Below are positions 58,803-64,000 of a stretch of DNA of 64,000 nucleotides, piece after piece. Every line of letters starts with the position of its first letter. Within the stretch, counting starts at the first letter, position 1. The stretch comes from a bacterium (GTDB lineage: Bacteria > UBA8248), in NCBI GenBank assembly GCA_965203325.1, contig OZ241875.1, positions 2,528,001 through 2,592,000 of the forward strand. The letters run 5' to 3'. Made by a program: the position numbers and the translations under genes. The notes under the pieces are model-generated. The model was not told where the DNA came from. It saw only the letters and a program-made list of their open reading frames with translations, and did not search any database.

Positions 58803-59522
58803 CTACCGCCTCTTCTTTCTCCGGGCGGCTCTCTCCTCGGACGTGGAAGTCCACCTCCGGGCGGAGGCCCACTTCTCGAGGTCTTCGAGCAGGTAGCGCA
58901 CCCGGTATCCGATGCGAAGAAAATCCGGCCCCTCGCCGCTCACGCGGTAGCGCTCCAGCGTCTTGGGCGAGAGGCCGAGCCAGGCGGCCGCCTCCCGCGT
59001 GTTCAGGTGGTTCACCTCCGCGAGTTCATCGACGTCTCCCGCGGCCCCGGGTTCCCCGGCGGCGTCCCACGTCCCGTCGAACGGGTCGGGCAAGTCCGCG
59101 AGCCTCTCGCGTATGGCGCGGACCTCCTCTCCCGTCGCGTTGGCCGCCATCCAGGCGCGCACCCGGTCGAAGGTCTTGAGATACGGCGAGGCGCCCCGGC
59201 GCAGCCTCCCCACGAAGGAGGGATTCCCCACGGTCTCCTCGCCCAGGATCGAGACCTTGGTCCCGCTCACCGCGAGAAACGCCTCGACCTCGGCCCGCAG
59301 GAGCGGTCTCAGGGGCGGGTACCCCATGAACGCGAGCACCCGGTCCGCCGTGTCGACCCGAAGGGGCCGCCCCCGGGCGTACAGTCCCACGAAGCCGGGA
59401 ATCCCCAGCGCGCCCACCCCGAAGCGCCTCGCGCTCATCCCTCGGCGCGCGCGCCAGAGCGCAATGCTCCGGCGCAGCCGCTCGTCCAGCGGGGTGCCGG
59501 TATCGTCGTCGAACGCGGTCAT
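58803..59522 (-). CDS. DNA-binding protein: two Cro-like repeats plus C-terminal excisionase-like HTH
   Basis: Repeated G(M/T)S..(F/L)G....G.P.FV..L..G motif; LNTREAAAWLGLSPKTL. Confidence 0.75.
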   Translation of the reverse strand: MTAFDDDTGTPLDERLRRSIALWRARRGMSARRFGVGALGIPGFVGLYARGRPLRVDTADRVLAFMGYPPLRPLLRAEVEAFLAVSGTKVSILGEETVGNPSFVGRLRRGASPYLKTFDRVRAWMAANATGEEVRAIRERLADLPDPFDGTWDAAGEPGAAGDVDELAEVNHLNTREAAAWLGLSPKTLERYRVSGEGPDFLRIGYRVRYLLEDLEKWASARRWTSTSEERAARRKKRR

Positions 59523-59759
59523 GGCGCGCGAACATAAGGAAAGTGCGAGCGCCCGTTCAATCGTTGTTTCTAGCGCGGAAGGTACACCCGGGAAGAGTCC
59601 GCGCCTGCGTCGGTGCGCGGATCGCTCATCGGTTCAGCCTGAAATCAAGGGGGTTTTCCCGAAAACGAGGGTCGCCGGAGAACGTGCAGCGAGACGCTGC
59701 GGAAAAAAAGGAAGGACGCCGCCCCCCGGGCGAGAGCTCGAAAGCCTCTTTCGTTCACG

Positions 59760-59885
59760 CCGCGGCGCTCTGTTTCGCGAGTCGTCCCTGCGCATGACCG
59801 GCGATTGGCGGCGCCCGGCGAGTTGCATCTCGACCGGAGAAGCCCCTGCCATGGCAAGGCGCTGCGCGCTGCCCGTCCGCAGGGC
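59760..59885 (-). pseudogene. Degenerate third remnant of the recombinase C-terminus
   Basis: LRTGSAQRLAMAGASPVEMQLAGRRQSPVM vs LRVGGAQSLATAGASLVEMQIAGRWQSPVM. Confidence 0.75.
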
Positions 59886-60880
59886 GAAACGGCGCCGATT
59901 CCCTTGTTTCATTCGTTTTTATCGCATCGTATGCTGATGTTCCGGGTCGTCCGCCAAATACAATACGGCCAAGCCGAAATAGGCGGACATTCCTTCGTGG
60001 ATTGTATGCCAACGGCCCGGATTCTGGAGGAAATAAAAAATATTCGGCCGGGTAGGCGGGGCGCAGCAATGCCTCCGCCTACCCGGCCTGCCACCCCATC
60101 GTAATCGTTCAACCAAGCCGTGACGGATTAGGTCTCAGAGCTAAACAGAGACGAGTTGACGGTAACCTCTACGAGAAGAAAGTCGATGTCGGAATGCTAT
60201 CCATGAACCGAAATTGCCCAAATATTCTGCGGACTTGGGTGGTACCGAAGAATGAGGCCGGACCAGCTACGTTCAGACAGCCACCGAACTACCGCTATTT
60301 GGGTGCTTCCATCACGGCTTGGATGAACACTTACGAGCGCTCACGGACGCTCGCCCGCCGTGATGCGCTGGAGTTTGAATGAGTCCGCTTTCGGCTTGAT
60401 TACGGGTTGGGGAAGGCGAATTCCGGCAGATATGGACGAGACATATATCCGACATGATATCAATAGGTTATACGGATTCCATCGCCGATGAGAACGGCCC
60501 GGAATATCCGATGAGGCTAATTTATCGAAAAACCCCGTCAATTTATCGATATTTATCGAATTTTTCACATATTATTTTTCACATTTTTCGGGTTCTGCGC
60601 CTCGCCGGAGCGACCACCCGGATCCTTCGATCCGCGCCGCCGCCTGAAAAACCCCAGGGGGCCATCTTGGGAAACTCGATGACGGCCCGTGCGGCCGTCC
60701 GCGCGCGGGCCTTCACGGCGCCCGCATCGAAGGCAAGCGGCATCCCGCCGCCATCATGGGACGGGATGCCCGAAAAGTCGAATTTCGAGTGAAGCCGCCC
60801 CGGCCCGCAGATTTCTCCGGGGGCGCCCGGCTTGTTCCGCTCCCCGGCGGAGGGGCGGTTCCCGCTTCCTGCGGGGAGCG

Positions 60881-62203
60881 TCAGCGCACGATTGTCCCGG
60901 CGACATCCGGCTTTCGTATCTCGAGGCGATCCTTCATGCAGATGTCATGGGCGGCGTTGACGAACACGTGGGTGCCTTTGGTCAGATCATGAACCGATGC
61001 GTGCTCGCCCTCCTTCGGGTAGTAGCCCGTGCCGCCGCCGCTGGCGCGGCCCTGGGGGCCGTAGCAGATCGCCGGAATCCCGGCGCGGGTCAGCGGTGCG
61101 GTGTCGGCGTACCAGCCGTCCCAGGTGATCTCGGGGCGTTCGCCCCAGACGAGGTCGTGCGAGGCGGAGATGCTGCGCACGACGTATTCCTCGGGCGATA
61201 TTTCGGCCGCGTGCGCCGTCTGGATGACCTGTAGCTCGATCTCCATGGCGGGGTCCTTATCCCGCAACTGCCGGATCACTTGGCCCACTTCGGCGATGAT
61301 ATCGCCGTGCATCTGGCCTGGCATGATCCCGACTTCCAGATAGAGCCGGCAGAAGCACGGCAGCTTGCTCGCCCGGAAGGGATGCCCTCCTTCGATGGCG
61401 ATGATGTTGACGTTTCCGGCCGGCTCCCCCTTGTAGCGGGTCCTGCCCAGGTAGTCCTCGCCCCAGCTCTTGAGGGCGGGTATGGCGTTCAGCATCTTCT
61501 CGATGGCGTCTTCGCCGGGCTTGATCTGCACCGTGGAGCCGCCGCGGCTGTAGGTGGCGGCCGGGTTGCCCCGGGTCATGAGTTCCATGAACACGTATCC
61601 GCCCGAGGACACCGAAATCCGGTTGGATGTCGGCTCGGGTATGACCACCATGTCGGCGGTGATGCCGTTGTTGACCATGAAGCGGGCGCCGATTCCGCAG
61701 CCCCGGTAGCGGGCGCCCTGGTAACGCCCCACCGGCGTGTGGCAAGTCTCGCCGACGACGCCGGCGATCATCAGGTTGCCGCGCAGCTTTGCCTTGGAGC
61801 GGGCCATGGCCTCCACGGCGAGGATGGCCGACGCGTGACCGCTCTTCATGTTGTAGGTGCCCATGCCGTAGATCCACTCGCCCTCGCGCCAGGATTTCGG
61901 CTGGTACCCCGGCCCGAGATCGCGGATGCCCTCCTCGTCGCCGCCGTAGGTCGTGTCCAGGTGGCCGCAGTACATCAGGGTGGGGCCGTCACCCGTTCCA
62001 TCGAGCTGGCCGTAGACGTTGTACCGATCCGGCTCGACCTCCTGCATCCAGGTCCGCAGGCCCGCCGCCCGGAAGCGGTCGGCGAGATATTCGGCGAGCG
62101 CCTTCTCGCCGCCCTCGGGGCTCGGGATGTCGACCATCTCCATGGTCAACTGGGCGATAGCTTCCTCGTCGACGTATGCCAGTGCGTCTTCGACCATGCT
62201 CAT
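60881..62203 (-). CDS. M20 family metallopeptidase/amidohydrolase (ArgE/DapE-like)
   Basis: MYCGHLDT, IYGMGTYNMKSG, VVGE, IPEP. Confidence 0.88.
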   Translation of the reverse strand: MSMVEDALAYVDEEAIAQLTMEMVDIPSPEGGEKALAEYLADRFRAAGLRTWMQEVEPDRYNVYGQLDGTGDGPTLMYCGHLDTTYGGDEEGIRDLGPGYQPKSWREGEWIYGMGTYNMKSGHASAILAVEAMARSKAKLRGNLMIAGVVGETCHTPVGRYQGARYRGCGIGARFMVNNGITADMVVIPEPTSNRISVSSGGYVFMELMTRGNPAATYSRGGSTVQIKPGEDAIEKMLNAIPALKSWGEDYLGRTRYKGEPAGNVNIIAIEGGHPFRASKLPCFCRLYLEVGIMPGQMHGDIIAEVGQVIRQLRDKDPAMEIELQVIQTAHAAEISPEEYVVRSISASHDLVWGERPEITWDGWYADTAPLTRAGIPAICYGPQGRASGGGTGYYPKEGEHASVHDLTKGTHVFVNAAHDICMKDRLEIRKPDVAGTIVR

Positions 62204-62304
62204 CGTTCGTCCCTCCTCGGTTCGCGCGATCCATGGCTACACGGACGCCTCGGCCTCTCGTGGCGGGCGCCCCGATGGCTATATGCCAGGAAACAATTGT
62301 CAGA

Positions 62305-63024
62305 CTACATGCCAAGGTACATCTGGCGAATGTTCGGGTCAAGCAAAAGCTCCGCCGAGTCTCCCTCGCGACGGTTCCGGCCCATGTCCAGCACGTATCC
62401 CCGGTCGGAATTCTCCAGGGCCTTGGCCGAGTTCTGCTCCACGACCAGGATGGATACGCCGTCGCGGTGAATCCGTTCGATGCTCTCGAAGATGGTTTCC
62501 ATCACCGTGGGCGCAAGCCCGATCGTCGGCTCATCCAGCAGGATGAGGGTCGGCCTGGTGACCATGGCCATCCCGAAGCTGAGCATTTGCCGCTGGCCGC
62601 CGCTCAGGGTCCGGGCCTTGCTGCGCTCCTTTTCCTTCAGGACGGGGAACAGGCCGAATACCCCTTCGCGAGAGCGGCGCCGCTCCTCGGTGTCGGTCAC
62701 CGTCCAGGCGCCGAGGTTGAGATGCTCGCTCACCGTCATCTGGGGAAAGATGTTGCGCCCCTGGGGGCAATACGCGACCCCGTGCTGGATGATCAGGTGC
62801 GGCTCGATACCGGTGATGTCCTCTCCCTCGAGAACGACCTTTCCGTCCGTCGGCTTCAGGTATCCCAGGATGGTCAGCAGAACGGTCGACTTGCCGGCGC
62901 CGTTCGGCCCGATGAGGGCGATCGTCTCGCCGCGGCCGACTTCGAGCGAGACGCCGTGCAGGATTTGCTTCTTGCCGTAGCCCGAGACGATTCCCTCGAC
63001 TTTGAGCAGCGTATCCCCGGCCAT
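62305..63024 (-). CDS. livF: Branched-chain amino acid ABC transporter ATPase (LivF-like)
   Basis: GPNGAGKS, LSGGQRQML, LDEPTIGLAP, VEQN. Confidence 0.9.
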   Translation of the reverse strand: MAGDTLLKVEGIVSGYGKKQILHGVSLEVGRGETIALIGPNGAGKSTVLLTILGYLKPTDGKVVLEGEDITGIEPHLIIQHGVAYCPQGRNIFPQMTVSEHLNLGAWTVTDTEERRRSREGVFGLFPVLKEKERSKARTLSGGQRQMLSFGMAMVTRPTLILLDEPTIGLAPTVMETIFESIERIHRDGVSILVVEQNSAKALENSDRGYVLDMGRNRREGDSAELLLDPNIRQMYLGM

Positions 63025-63027
63025 GGC

Positions 63028-63735
63028 TCAAGCCCCGAAATAAGCGGTGAGTACCGCCTCGTCCCGCCGGACTTCGTCCGGCGTACCTTCGGCTATCTTC
63101 TCACCCATGCTCAGAACGACGACGCGTTCGCAGTTGTTCATGATCACGTCCATGTTGTGTTCGATGATCAGAAAGGTCCTGCCTTCCTCATTCAGATGAT
63201 GGATCAGCTCCAGCAATTTCTTCTGCATCATGGGACTGACGCCGGCGGCCGGCTCGTCGAGCAGGATCAGCCCCGGATCGAGCATCAGGACCTGGATGAT
63301 GGAGAGCAGGCGCTGCTGGCCGAAGGAGAGGTCGCTCGCGTATTCGTCCTGTAAGTCGGACAGGCCGACGAACTCGAGAAGTTCATGGGCCCTGTCGCTC
63401 GCGGTGGTGTTTCGCGTCGGCAGGGTGGCGTTCTCCAGCAGGGTCATCTTGGGGAAGATGCGCGTCACCTGGAACGTGCGGCCGATTCCCTTGCGGGCGA
63501 TCTGGTAGGGCGGCAGACCCGTCACGTTCTCTCCGCGATAGAGAATGCGCCCGCCGTCGAGCGGCAGATATCCCACGATGGTATTGAACAGGGTCGTCTT
63601 GCCGGAGCCGTTGGGACCGATCAGGCCGACGATCTCGCCCTCTCCGACGGAAAAACCGCAGCCGGCGAGCGCATGGACGCCACCGAAGCTTTTCCGGACG
63701 TCGTGGATCTCGAGGATCGGACTATCGGCGGTCAT
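63028..63735 (-). CDS. livG: Branched-chain amino acid ABC transporter ATPase (LivG-like)
   Basis: GPNGSGKT, RTFQ, LSFGQQR, LDEPAAG, IEHNM. Confidence 0.9.
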   Translation of the reverse strand: MTADSPILEIHDVRKSFGGVHALAGCGFSVGEGEIVGLIGPNGSGKTTLFNTIVGYLPLDGGRILYRGENVTGLPPYQIARKGIGRTFQVTRIFPKMTLLENATLPTRNTTASDRAHELLEFVGLSDLQDEYASDLSFGQQRLLSIIQVLMLDPGLILLDEPAAGVSPMMQKKLLELIHHLNEEGRTFLIIEHNMDVIMNNCERVVVLSMGEKIAEGTPDEVRRDEAVLTAYFGA

Positions 63736-63796
63736 GCTCCTCCCCCCGGGTGGCTCGAACAGTGTCCCGTGGTGCTGCGGGTTTTCGCCTCCATCG

Positions 63797-64000
63797 TCAG
63801 ATCCACCTCGTTTTCGGCAGGATCCCCATCTCCTTGAGGCGGACCAGGATGCCGTCGGGCATCCAGATAACCAGGCAGACCATAACGAGACCGAAGATGG
63901 TGATGTTGGCCTGTCCGAGGTGCAGCCAGACGTAGTCGCTGATGAGCTGGAGCGTGAAGGCGCCGATCACCGCACCGAGAACGGTTCCCAGCCCACCGAA
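63797..64000 (-). CDS. livM: ABC permease (LivM-like), C-terminal part cut by the window edge
   Basis: FGGLGTVLGAVIGA...WMPDGIL, stop at 63797-63799. Confidence 0.8.
   Translation of the reverse strand, partial: FGGLGTVLGAVIGAFTLQLISDYVWLHLGQANITIFGLVMVCLVIWMPDGILVRLKEMGILPKTRWI

Noticed and set aside
25359..60600. attL/attR direct repeat for the island (ATTTATCGAAA near 25419 and 60520)
   Set aside because: Only 11 bp and AT-rich; insufficient without an empty-site comparison
124..63354. Long antisense or alternate-frame ORFs (e.g. 124-1455, 31320-32807, 46933-48312, 53416-55047, 62176-63354)
   Set aside because: Shadow ORFs of high-GC genes that overlap better-supported CDSs and lack recognisable motifs

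Overview
High-GC bacterial chromosome segment. The swf-type genes, Calx-beta autotransporters and TbpB-like lipoproteins suggest a sponge symbiont (inference). Layout: (1) 1-9062 is accessory DNA downstream of tRNA-Ser(CGA), with swfC/swfB-like lipid-tailoring genes, an IS256-autotransporter chimera and a frameshifted group II intron. (2) 9063-25358 holds core and catabolic genes, two tandem UGA-containing (UxxC) thiol-oxidoreductases and an orphan NrdR/DnaA-box promoter in front of a ~185-nt structured non-coding segment. (3) ~25.4-60.6 kb is an integrative island with tandem tyrosine integrases, a low-GC defence-like block, an ICE-like leading region and surface-protein genes. (4) 60.9-64 kb has an M20 hydrolase and liv-type ABC genes. 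The top finding is two copies of a cassette in which a 185-bp promoter-bearing segment is bounded by inverted 11-6-11 tyrosine-recombinase-type sites. Each copy has its own matched 6-bp spacer pair and sits between a Cre-like recombinase gene and a surface-protein gene, which makes it a candidate orthogonal invertible-promoter switch. All calls come from reading the sequence by eye; no searches were run.
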